Source of the DNA: an uncultured archaeon
GTDB taxonomy: Archaea; Iainarchaeota; Iainarchaeia; Iainarchaeales; 0-14-0-20-30-16
DNA: 8,875 nt
NCBI GenBank assembly: GCA_964565725.1
Contig: CAZMGA010000018.1
Location: 2,887-11,761 of the forward strand
Reading direction: 5' to 3'
The position numbers and the translations under genes were made by a program. Shown here piece by piece: positions 1 to 6,829 of this stretch. Position 1 is the first letter of the stretch. Every line of letters begins with the position of its first letter. Under the pieces are notes generated by a model. The model did no database searches. It was not told the DNA's origin and was given only the letters and a program-made list of their open reading frames with translations.

Positions 1-2
1 AT

Positions 3-56
3 TATCAAAATTATAATAATTATCAAAGTTATAATAATTATCAATCTTATAATGCA
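3..56 (+). repeat. Three in-frame 18-nt tandem units encoding YQNYNN-YQSYNN-YQSYNA in the DnaJ linker
   Basis: TATCAAAATTATAATAAT / TATCAAAGTTATAATAAT / TATCAATCTTATAATGCA read directly. Confidence 0.85.
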
Positions 57-896
57 AATGATTTTGATTTTGAAAGCATATTTAAACAATTTGGTTTTGG
101 TTTTGATGATTCAGATAATCTATTTAGTAATAGAAGGCAAAGAAAAAACACATCTTCAGATTTGCAATATAATTTAGAAATTGATTTGGAAGATTCTTAT
201 TATGGTAATACTAAAAAAATAAAAATACCTACTCAAAAAACTTGTAAACATTGTAATGGTAATGGATCCGAACCAGGGCATTTAAAAATTTGCCCAAAAT
301 GTGATGGTTCTGGTAAATTAAAAAAAGTAGTTTCTAGTTTATTTGGACAAATGGTTACTATAGTACAATGTGATGCTTGTCATGGATTAGGAAAAATTTC
401 AGATAAAAAATGTGAAGAATGTAAAGGTAAAGGTATTATATCTGGTGAAAAAATATTAGATGTGAAAATTCCTAAAGGTGTAGTTACAAATACAGTTTTA
501 AGGCTATCTAAAGAAGGTTTTAATGAAGGTAATTTGTATATTAATATAATTGTAAAAAAACATCCTTATTTTTCAGTTCAACAAGATGATATTTATGTTA
601 ATGAAAACATAAATTTGTTAACTGCTTTAAATGGAGGAGAAATTAAAGTTAAAACTATTAAAGGTTTTGCAGATTTAAAAATTCCTGCCGGTACTCAAAA
701 TAATACTACTTTTAAAATGAAAGGTCTAGGTATGCCAAATTTAAATTCTTCAAATTATGGCAATCAATATGTTAAAGTAAATATTGAAATTCCTAATTTA
801 ACTAAGGAACAAAAAGAACAAATAGAAGAAATATTATCCAATACTAAAAAACAAGAAAAATCCAAAAAAAAGAAAAGTTTTTTTAGTAAAAATTAA
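3..896 (+). CDS. dnaJ: Chaperone DnaJ, 5'-truncated by the window edge (end of G/F-like region, zinc-finger domain, C-terminal substrate-binding domains)
   Basis: Frame is open from position 3 (YQNYNNYQSYNNYQSYNANDFDFESIFKQFGFGFDDSDNLFSNRRQRKNTSSDLQYNLEIDLEDSYYG...), followed by four CxxCxGxG motifs (CKHCNGNG, CPKCDGSG, CDACHGLG, CEECKGKG) and typical C-terminal motifs (VKIPKG, IIVKKHPYF, LTALNGGE, IPAGTQ, FKMKGLGMP). The ORF-track start at 162 is an internal TTG. Confidence 0.97.
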   Translation, partial: YQNYNNYQSYNNYQSYNANDFDFESIFKQFGFGFDDSDNLFSNRRQRKNTSSDLQYNLEIDLEDSYYGNTKKIKIPTQKTCKHCNGNGSEPGHLKICPKCDGSGKLKKVVSSLFGQMVTIVQCDACHGLGKISDKKCEECKGKGIISGEKILDVKIPKGVVTNTVLRLSKEGFNEGNLYINIIVKKHPYFSVQQDDIYVNENINLLTALNGGEIKVKTIKGFADLKIPAGTQNNTTFKMKGLGMPNLNSSNYGNQYVKVNIEIPNLTKEQKEQIEEILSNTKKQEKSKKKKSFFSKN

Positions 897-905
897 TTAT
901 ATATT

Positions 906-948
906 TTTAATTTAAAAATAAAAAAAATTAAAGCCAAAGGCTTTAATT
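906..948 (-). terminator. Intrinsic-terminator-like hairpin plus U-tract at the 3' end of the minus-strand lipoprotein gene
   Basis: Perfect 10-bp stem AATTAAAGCC (926-935), loop AAA (936-938), GGCTTTAATT (939-948). On the minus strand it is followed by TTTTTTATTTTTAAATT. It overlaps the stop codon at 943-945. Confidence 0.65.
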
Positions 949-1203
949 CATATCTAATGAAGGTTCTTCTAACAAATTATCTAATTCTTTTAAAGTATTA
1001 TCTATCTCTAAAATATCTTTGTTTATTTGATCTTCTAAAGATAAATTTTTCAAATCATCTGATATTTGTTTTTCTTCATTAGTTATATTTTGCAAGTCAT
1101 CTACTTCATCGAAATTATCTACGTTTTTGTTTGAAACACAACCTGCTAAAAATATTGTTGCCATTAATGCAAAAATTAATACCACAAAAATATATTTTCG
1201 CAT
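943..1203 (-). CDS. Small predicted lipoprotein (86 aa) with acidic, helical mature region
   Basis: Complete ORF MRKYIFVVLIFALMATIFLAGCVSNKN...; hydrophobic N-terminus ending in an LAGC lipobox-like motif; starts directly after the stop codon of the upstream gene. Confidence 0.75.
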   Translation of the reverse strand: MRKYIFVVLIFALMATIFLAGCVSNKNVDNFDEVDDLQNITNEEKQISDDLKNLSLEDQINKDILEIDNTLKELDNLLEEPSLDMN

Positions 1204-2085
1204 CTATTCACCTTTTTCATTATTATATGCAACTAATAATTTTACTAAATCTGTTCTTACTTCGTGGATTTTATCTTTTACTTCTTTTAAAATAACATTA
1301 ATTTCAGAAACATTTACATTTTCAATAGATTTTAATTCTACTTGTTTTTCTGTAATGTATATTTTTAGATTTGCTAATTTTTCAGAAACTGTTTTTAATT
1401 GAGAATTTAATTCTTCATTATTTAAATCTGAAATTTTTTCTTCTAAGTTATTTAAAGTAGTATCCATTTTTTCCAAAACATTTTTAGTGCCTTCTAAATA
1501 CATACTTGAAACAAATATTTTTCTTTTATGTTCTGAATTTTTCCAAACATTTTGAATATTTTCAATAGTTGTTGTAATTTCTTCCTTTGTAGAATTTTCA
1601 TCAATTAATGCAGCAAATTCTTGAACTTTAGTTATTTGTTCATTTATAAAATTTTCATCAACATTTTTTGCATTTTTCAAACTTTCTAAATGTTTTATCA
1701 TTTTATCTGCAACAACTTGTACGTATTCTAATGTTAATTTTTTTCCCATATTTGAATCTAACATTTCATTTAAATCTTTATGTTCTTGTCTTTTTTCTTC
1801 CCATGTTAATTTTTTATCATTATATTTTTTTAATCTTTCTTCCATTTGATCTTTAAACTCATTAATTTTATTTTGTATTTTTTCTTTAGACATGTTTAAT
1901 CTATTTTCCAAATATTTGTATCCATTAGCATCTATACAAACATTATTTTGAAAATTGCCATCGTTCATACAAGTTTCTTTATTCATAAACTTGTTTTTTA
2001 TTTGATCTTCATTTGGAAATGCAAATATTAATGAACTTAATAATATCATTCCAAATAAAACTGAAAATATATTGCTTATTCTCAT
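1204..2085 (-). CDS. Secreted or exported helical/coiled-coil-rich protein (293 aa), function unknown
   Basis: N-terminal signal peptide MRISNIFSVLFGMILLSSLIFAFPNE; extended charged heptad-like helices; strong Shine-Dalgarno AAGGAGG on the minus strand at 2093-2099. Confidence 0.8.
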   Translation of the reverse strand: MRISNIFSVLFGMILLSSLIFAFPNEDQIKNKFMNKETCMNDGNFQNNVCIDANGYKYLENRLNMSKEKIQNKINEFKDQMEERLKKYNDKKLTWEEKRQEHKDLNEMLDSNMGKKLTLEYVQVVADKMIKHLESLKNAKNVDENFINEQITKVQEFAALIDENSTKEEITTTIENIQNVWKNSEHKRKIFVSSMYLEGTKNVLEKMDTTLNNLEEKISDLNNEELNSQLKTVSEKLANLKIYITEKQVELKSIENVNVSEINVILKEVKDKIHEVRTDLVKLLVAYNNEKGE

Positions 2086-2128
2086 ATTTTTCCCTCCTTG
2101 AATTATATAAATTCAATTAATAAAGATT

Positions 2129-2167
2129 GGAAACCATATATAAATTTATTTGGAAACTGTAGGAAAC
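2129..2167 (-). promoter_or_regulatory. Candidate promoter: TATA-like TTTATATA flanked by three GTTTCC direct repeats
   Basis: GGAAAC on the plus strand at 2129-2134, 2152-2157 and 2162-2167; minus-strand TTTATATA at 2144-2137; upstream of the gene starting at 2085. Confidence 0.45.
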
Positions 2168-2195
2168 TATGTTGATTTTTGCCCATTTTTCAAAT

Positions 2196-2972
2196 TTAAT
2201 TAGTACTCTTATTTTTCAAAATAATTTTATTTACTTTCCCTACTCTTTTTCTTTCTATTAAATCTTGCCTTTCTAATTTATTTAATATCTTAGATAAATG
2301 GCTTTTTTTGAGGTTTAATAAATTAGCAATTTCTTGTTGTGTTAAATTTTTGTTTTTAATTAAATTTAATATGTTTTTTTGTGTGTTATCTAAAAATTTT
2401 AAATTTTTGTTTTTAGCAATATTTTGTTTTTTATAATAAAAATATATACCTAAAATAATTATTAATAATACAATGGAAATAATTAATCCAAAAAGAAAAT
2501 TTAAATATTTTGTTTTATTTTCATAAACTAGATATAAAATAAAATTTTCTTTTGTATTATAAATATATTTATCATTATCTATTGAATAATCTGAATTTAT
2601 TTTCAAAACTTTAATATCTGATTTTATACTTATTTTTGTTTCATCCAATATTTCAAAATCCAAAGTTTTTTCTAAGGTATTTTTATTTTCTAAAAACTTT
2701 GTACCTTTATATTTTAAAATTAAAGTACCTTTATTGGAATAAACATAAAGTTTTGAATCATTAATTTTATAATTCAAGTCAGGTAATCCTTTAATATAAA
2801 TTAATTCTTGAAAATCAGGCAAATACATTTCAAAATTAGAATTATAATAAATAGTATAATCTATATAAGGAGTAAAATTATGGACGTCTACAAATATTTC
2901 ATTATTTGCAAATATTAGTGGTAAATTAAATAATAAAAATATAAATAATAAAAACTTTAAATTATTACTCAT
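2196..2972 (-). CDS. Membrane-anchored transcriptional regulator: signal peptide, extracytoplasmic domain, TM helix, cytoplasmic winged HTH
   Basis: ORF track gives 2196..3053, but Met28 begins a good signal peptide (MSNNLKFLLFIFLLFNLPLIFANNE). TM segment YLNFLFGLIISIVLLIIILGIYFYY, then LDNTQKNILNLIKNKNLTQQEIANLLNLKKSHLSKILNKLERQDLIERKRVGKVNKIIL, a typical wHTH. Confidence 0.8.
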   Translation of the reverse strand: MSNNLKFLLFIFLLFNLPLIFANNEIFVDVHNFTPYIDYTIYYNSNFEMYLPDFQELIYIKGLPDLNYKINDSKLYVYSNKGTLILKYKGTKFLENKNTLEKTLDFEILDETKISIKSDIKVLKINSDYSIDNDKYIYNTKENFILYLVYENKTKYLNFLFGLIISIVLLIIILGIYFYYKKQNIAKNKNLKFLDNTQKNILNLIKNKNLTQQEIANLLNLKKSHLSKILNKLERQDLIERKRVGKVNKIILKNKSTN

Positions 2973-3015
2973 AATTATATAAAAATAATTACATTTAAAA
3001 ATAGTAATTGTGGGC

Positions 3016-3032
3016 TTAACTTTATGAGTTAA
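3016..3032. promoter_or_regulatory. Candidate operator TTAACT-TTATG-AGTTAA in the middle of the divergent intergenic region
   Basis: Perfect 6-bp inverted repeat (3016-3021 / 3027-3032), plus a nearby TAACT at 3037-3041; lies between TATA-like elements of the two divergent genes. Confidence 0.35.
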
Positions 3033-3042
3033 AAAATAACTA

Positions 3043-3050
3043 TTTATAAA
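3043..3050 (+). promoter_or_regulatory. Candidate archaeal TATA box for the 3073 gene, apparently leaderless
   Basis: TTTATAAA centred about 26 nt upstream of the ATG at 3073. Confidence 0.45.
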
Positions 3051-3072
3051 CATTTCTATATTTATATTATAT

Positions 3073-4263
3073 ATGATTGAGAGAAATTATTTAGATTATT
3101 TAATTAAAGGATTATTTTTATTTTTTTCTGTATTTCTAATTCTTTCTATAGTAAATGCCTATAATTTGAATTATGAAATTTATCCAGAATCTAATAATTT
3201 AACCTTACAAAGTAATTCTAACTATAGTTTAAATGTTTTTTATAAATTAAATACTACAACTCCATTAAACTTTAGTTTTGATGTAATTTGTCCAGAAGGG
3301 ATTGAAGTAAATAATATTACTAATATAAAATCCTATTTAGCTTTTAAAATAAAATTAAATTTTAGAGTAAAAGATATAAAGGAAGGAAGTTACCCTATAA
3401 TTTTAAGAACTAAAGTTTTATATAATGGAAAATTAAATGTAAGAGATACAATTTTAAATTTGAATGTTGAAAAAAATTCTGGACAAATATTCTTTTCATC
3501 TGATTTTAGAAATGATTTACCAGAATTAGAATTGATAAATATATCTCAAACAAATTTTATAATAGATTCTAATTCAAGTACTTTTTTTCAATTTAATTTA
3601 AAAAACTTAGGTTCTGCTAGTTCATATATTTTGGAATCTGAAATTAATTCTTTAGACAAAAATAAAATTAATATAATTTACAGTGAAAAAATATTTGATT
3701 TACAAAATAACGAAAGCAAAACTGTTTTAATAAATGTTGATTTTAATAATTATAATTTAGAATACACATCTATTGATTTTTTTGCTATAGAAAATAGTAC
3801 TAATAAAAAATATTTTTTAGGTAGAGTGAATTTTGTTTTAAATATTCCTAAAATAGATGTTTTTTATAACAAAGATTTAAATTTAATTTTAATTACAAAT
3901 AATGGTTTAGATAAAGTAAATTTAGATTTAAATAATAATATATATTCTGAAAATGTAAACTTGATTCCTGGGCAAATATTAACAATAAATTTAGACGAAA
4001 ATATTATTGACTACAATGTTTCTATGAATAATAAATTAATTTCTAGTTTTGTATTTGAAAAAGAAGATAAATTTTTAGATGCTAAAAAAAATAAAGATTT
4101 AAACTTTTCAGGCGTTGCTGGATTTTTTTCTTTAAGTGAAGGTTCAATATATTTTGGAATTACAATATTAATTTTAATAATATTTATTTTAATAATTAGA
4201 AAATTATTTTTTACAAATAGTATTTTTGGGAAATCAATATCAGTTAAAAATATTAAATTGTAA
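3073..4263 (+). CDS. Secreted surface protein with predicted beta-rich ectodomain and C-terminal TM anchor (396 aa), function unknown
   Basis: N-terminal signal peptide (GLFLFFSVFLILSIVNA); at least 11 N-x-S/T sequons; beta-rich composition; C-terminal TM IYFGITILILIIFILIIRKLFF. Confidence 0.8.
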   Translation: MIERNYLDYLIKGLFLFFSVFLILSIVNAYNLNYEIYPESNNLTLQSNSNYSLNVFYKLNTTTPLNFSFDVICPEGIEVNNITNIKSYLAFKIKLNFRVKDIKEGSYPIILRTKVLYNGKLNVRDTILNLNVEKNSGQIFFSSDFRNDLPELELINISQTNFIIDSNSSTFFQFNLKNLGSASSYILESEINSLDKNKINIIYSEKIFDLQNNESKTVLINVDFNNYNLEYTSIDFFAIENSTNKKYFLGRVNFVLNIPKIDVFYNKDLNLILITNNGLDKVNLDLNNNIYSENVNLIPGQILTINLDENIIDYNVSMNNKLISSFVFEKEDKFLDAKKNKDLNFSGVAGFFSLSEGSIYFGITILILIIFILIIRKLFFTNSIFGKSISVKNIKL

Positions 4264-4279
4264 TTTTTGATTTTTTTTT
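4264..4279 (+). terminator. T-tract after the stop codon, candidate archaeal U-tract terminator
   Basis: TTTTTGATTTTTTTTT immediately follows the TAA at 4261-4263, in a 19-bp convergent intergenic gap. Confidence 0.45.
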
Positions 4280-4282
4280 AAA

Positions 4283-6778
4283 TTAAACTATTTTTTTACC
4301 TGTAAAACAATCAAACATAATTGTTTCTTTTGTATCTAAATTGGTAATTAAAAACTCTGGTTTTAATATAGTTTCTATTTCATCTATTTTTATAGTATCC
4401 CACAAAGTACCTAAAATATTTCTAACGGTTTCAAATGTTGCTTTACTATCTAAAATATCTTCTTTATTTATTGGTTCTTCAATTAATTCTATTTTTTCAA
4501 AAGAACTTAATAATTTGTGAATTGGATTAGTAGTAATTTCTAAATTTTTTATTAAAAAGTATACGTTTTTTATACCTCTTTTTTCTTTTCTTAACAATCC
4601 CAAACTAATAAATCTTTCCATAGTATTTTTTAATTTTACATCTCCAAATGAAAATTTATCTTTTAAATAATCATTATCAAAGCCTTTTTTTTCTGGCAAG
4701 TGCAATAATATTCTTATATCATCCGCTTCCAAAGTTCTTAATATATTTAATCCTTCTGAATAAGCAAAATTTTCTCCAACAAAATGAATAAATTCTAATT
4801 TTACAGTATCTATATAACAAGAGTTCTTTACAAAGCTTCCATCTTTTTTATGTGATCTATAATTTACTTTAAATATTGGTCTATATACGTGATTTATATT
4901 AAAATTCATCCAACCCAAACTTCTTTTTACCAGTCCTGTAATTTCTTCTTCGTCTACTTGTGGTTCTACAATTTTATATGATATTTTTTCTTCAACAAAT
5001 TCTGCATCATCTTCATCATTTTTAGGCATGAAAAATTTACCTTTGTTTTCTGTAATTCCATTGTTTAATAAATTTTTAATAAATATTTCATATGTAATAT
5101 CTGTTTTATATTTCATATTCATGATTTTTAATAATGTTTTTAATGAATGTTCATCTAATTCTTCAAATTGTTTTAATTTATGTTTTGTAATACTCATCAT
5201 TAATTCTATTACTTCTTCTTTTGTAAATTCTTTTTGAGTTTCATTTGTTTGTATTGCTCTACCTTCATGTTGACTCATTCTTGGTCTTACAGTCATCACA
5301 AAAGCTCTAGAAGTTGTTTCAACTCTATCTGCTAAAATTGGAATTCCTACACTTAATTGTTTTATAAAAGAAGGATCTTTGAAATTTTTAGGAACTACTG
5401 TTGGCATTCTTTTAAATACTGCTTTAATATCATCATCAAATACTAATTTATAAGTTATTAAAGTACCTACTTGTGATAAAACTCTTGAATCTATTGCTGA
5501 AGGTTGTTGTGTTGCTATTACTAAAGAACAACCTGGTTTTCTTCCTTGTTTTACATATTCTATAATTGCTTTAGATGCTGGTGTTGCTAAAGACCCCGAA
5601 GGTATTAATGTGTGCGCTTCATCTAAAAATAACCATGTTGGTGGAATATCATTTTCTAAATCAATTTTTAAATTCGATGAAAATTCTTTTGTAGATTCTT
5701 TTCTTGAATTTACTTTTCTTGCATTTAAAACTCTTCTTGCTAATATTCCTACTAATAAAGCAGAAACATTTTCATCTAAAAAACTAGTATCTATAATTGT
5801 TAATTGTCCAGGTACAGATAATTCCATTAATGGAGTTCCTCTTTTAGAAAAAATTCCCCATGTTTTTGCAGCCTCAAATCTAGAAACTAAAGCCCTTATA
5901 GATTCTTTTCTATAACCTTTTTCTTTAGAGTTTAATTCAGCATCATTTTCTAAACAAAAAATTATATCATTTATATCAAAATTATCTTCTTTTGGTTTAA
6001 ATAACAACCCTTTAGTAGTTCTAAAACCATCTCTTACTTTTTTAATTACTTTTTCTAATAACAAACCAGATGGAGAAAATCTATCTATTGTAAAAGTTAA
6101 GGCCCAATCTTCAGATGTTAAAAATGCGGGTTGTATAGTAATAACAGAATCATAAGTTTCTTTAGGTATTTTTTCTGTGGCTCCTTCAGGTACAAAAACC
6201 ATAACATTATTCAAGCCTTTAGGTTTTAAATTATAATTTTCTAACATTTCAATTTCTTTTTCTTCTTTATTAGGGTATTTCATAGACCAAAATACACCTA
6301 TAGGATCAATCACTATTTGCCCTACATTTTTATTTTTTAATGCTAATTCTTCAGCAATAACTCCTAATATGTATGATTTACCCGAACCTCTTGATCCACA
6401 TACAAAAAAAACTTGTGGGTCTAAAGAATCAAAATAAATATCTTTTTGAGGGTAATCATCATTAACTTTACCTAAATATAATGTTCCTTCTTCACCATAT
6501 TTTTTTAAAACTGATTTTTTTCTACCCACTATTACATGATTAGTTTCTGGATTTTCTAAAAAAGTTAATTCTGCTTTTTCTACAATTTTATTTTTATTTA
6601 TTTTTTCTTCTTCATTTTCAACATCATCAGAAGCTTCGCTTTCATTTTCTTTTAAAGAATTTTCTTCTTCATTTAAATTATTGTTTTCTTCTAATTCTTC
6701 TTCTTTTTCAACAATATGTTTAGAATCTTCATTTTTTTCATTATTATCTGTATTTAAAGTGTCAAATATATCAAACAT
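4283..6778 (-). CDS. HerA/FtsK-superfamily (DUF87-type) ATPase, 831 aa, with acidic N-terminal extension and C-terminal winged-helix-like segment
   Basis: Walker A GSRGSGKS (residues 128-135, nt 6374-6397), Walker B WLFLDEAHTLIP, ATQQPS motif and HerA-like ASKAIIEYVKQGRKPGCSLVIATQQPSAIDSRVLSQVGTLITYKL. The C-terminal part contains DDIRILLHLPEKKGF...LKNTMERFISLGLLRKEKRGIKNVYFL. Confidence 0.88.
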   Translation of the reverse strand: MFDIFDTLNTDNNEKNEDSKHIVEKEEELEENNNLNEEENSLKENESEASDDVENEEEKINKNKIVEKAELTFLENPETNHVIVGRKKSVLKKYGEEGTLYLGKVNDDYPQKDIYFDSLDPQVFFVCGSRGSGKSYILGVIAEELALKNKNVGQIVIDPIGVFWSMKYPNKEEKEIEMLENYNLKPKGLNNVMVFVPEGATEKIPKETYDSVITIQPAFLTSEDWALTFTIDRFSPSGLLLEKVIKKVRDGFRTTKGLLFKPKEDNFDINDIIFCLENDAELNSKEKGYRKESIRALVSRFEAAKTWGIFSKRGTPLMELSVPGQLTIIDTSFLDENVSALLVGILARRVLNARKVNSRKESTKEFSSNLKIDLENDIPPTWLFLDEAHTLIPSGSLATPASKAIIEYVKQGRKPGCSLVIATQQPSAIDSRVLSQVGTLITYKLVFDDDIKAVFKRMPTVVPKNFKDPSFIKQLSVGIPILADRVETTSRAFVMTVRPRMSQHEGRAIQTNETQKEFTKEEVIELMMSITKHKLKQFEELDEHSLKTLLKIMNMKYKTDITYEIFIKNLLNNGITENKGKFFMPKNDEDDAEFVEEKISYKIVEPQVDEEEITGLVKRSLGWMNFNINHVYRPIFKVNYRSHKKDGSFVKNSCYIDTVKLEFIHFVGENFAYSEGLNILRTLEADDIRILLHLPEKKGFDNDYLKDKFSFGDVKLKNTMERFISLGLLRKEKRGIKNVYFLIKNLEITTNPIHKLLSSFEKIELIEEPINKEDILDSKATFETVRNILGTLWDTIKIDEIETILKPEFLITNLDTKETIMFDCFTGKKIV

Positions 6779-6798
6779 AATTTATAAACAATGCAAAA

Positions 6799-6810
6799 AT
6801 TTATATTTAA
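6799..6810. promoter_or_regulatory. TATA-like element shared by the divergent ATPase and pilin-like operon
   Basis: ATTTATATTTAA lies about 26 nt from both the minus ATG (6778) and the likely plus ATG (6830). Confidence 0.4.
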
Positions 6811-6829
6811 TTCTCTTTTATTTATATTA

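Noticed and set aside
3-56. Possible CRISPR-like or intergenic repeat array
   Set aside because: Units are contiguous 18-mers with no spacers and are in frame with DnaJ; this is a coding tandem repeat.
162-164. ORF-track start (TTG) of the DnaJ ORF
   Set aside because: The frame is open upstream to the window edge and encodes DnaJ linker sequence, so 162 is an artefact of truncation and not a true start.
902-920. AT-only palindrome TATTTTTAA-T-TTAAAAATA as a strong standalone element
   Set aside because: Such palindromes are expected by chance in DNA this AT-rich, and the 1-nt centre cannot form a proper loop; kept only as a note beside the GC-containing hairpin.
1127-1402. Plus-strand 91-aa ORF
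   Set aside because: Antisense to the secreted helical protein and lipoprotein genes, no promoter or RBS, no recognisable domain; likely spurious.
1668-1856. Plus-strand 62-aa ORF with hydrophobic composition
   Set aside because: Fully antisense to a well-supported CDS; hydrophobicity arises from the complement of Lys/Glu codons.
4120-4210. Surface protein considered as a multi-pass transporter component
   Set aside because: Only the signal peptide and one C-terminal hydrophobic helix are visible; the rest is beta-rich and soluble-like.
5028-5237. Plus-strand 69-aa ORF
   Set aside because: Antisense within the HerA/FtsK-like ATPase gene, no supporting signals.
5610-5915. Plus-strand 101-aa ORF
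   Set aside because: Antisense over the Walker B region of the ATPase; the minus frame is clearly the real coding frame.
4283-6778. Interpretation as a defence-system ATPase (for example a HerA-SIR2 or HerA-DUF4297 type pair)
   Set aside because: No SIR2, nuclease or other effector gene is adjacent; the neighbours are surface and pilin-like proteins.
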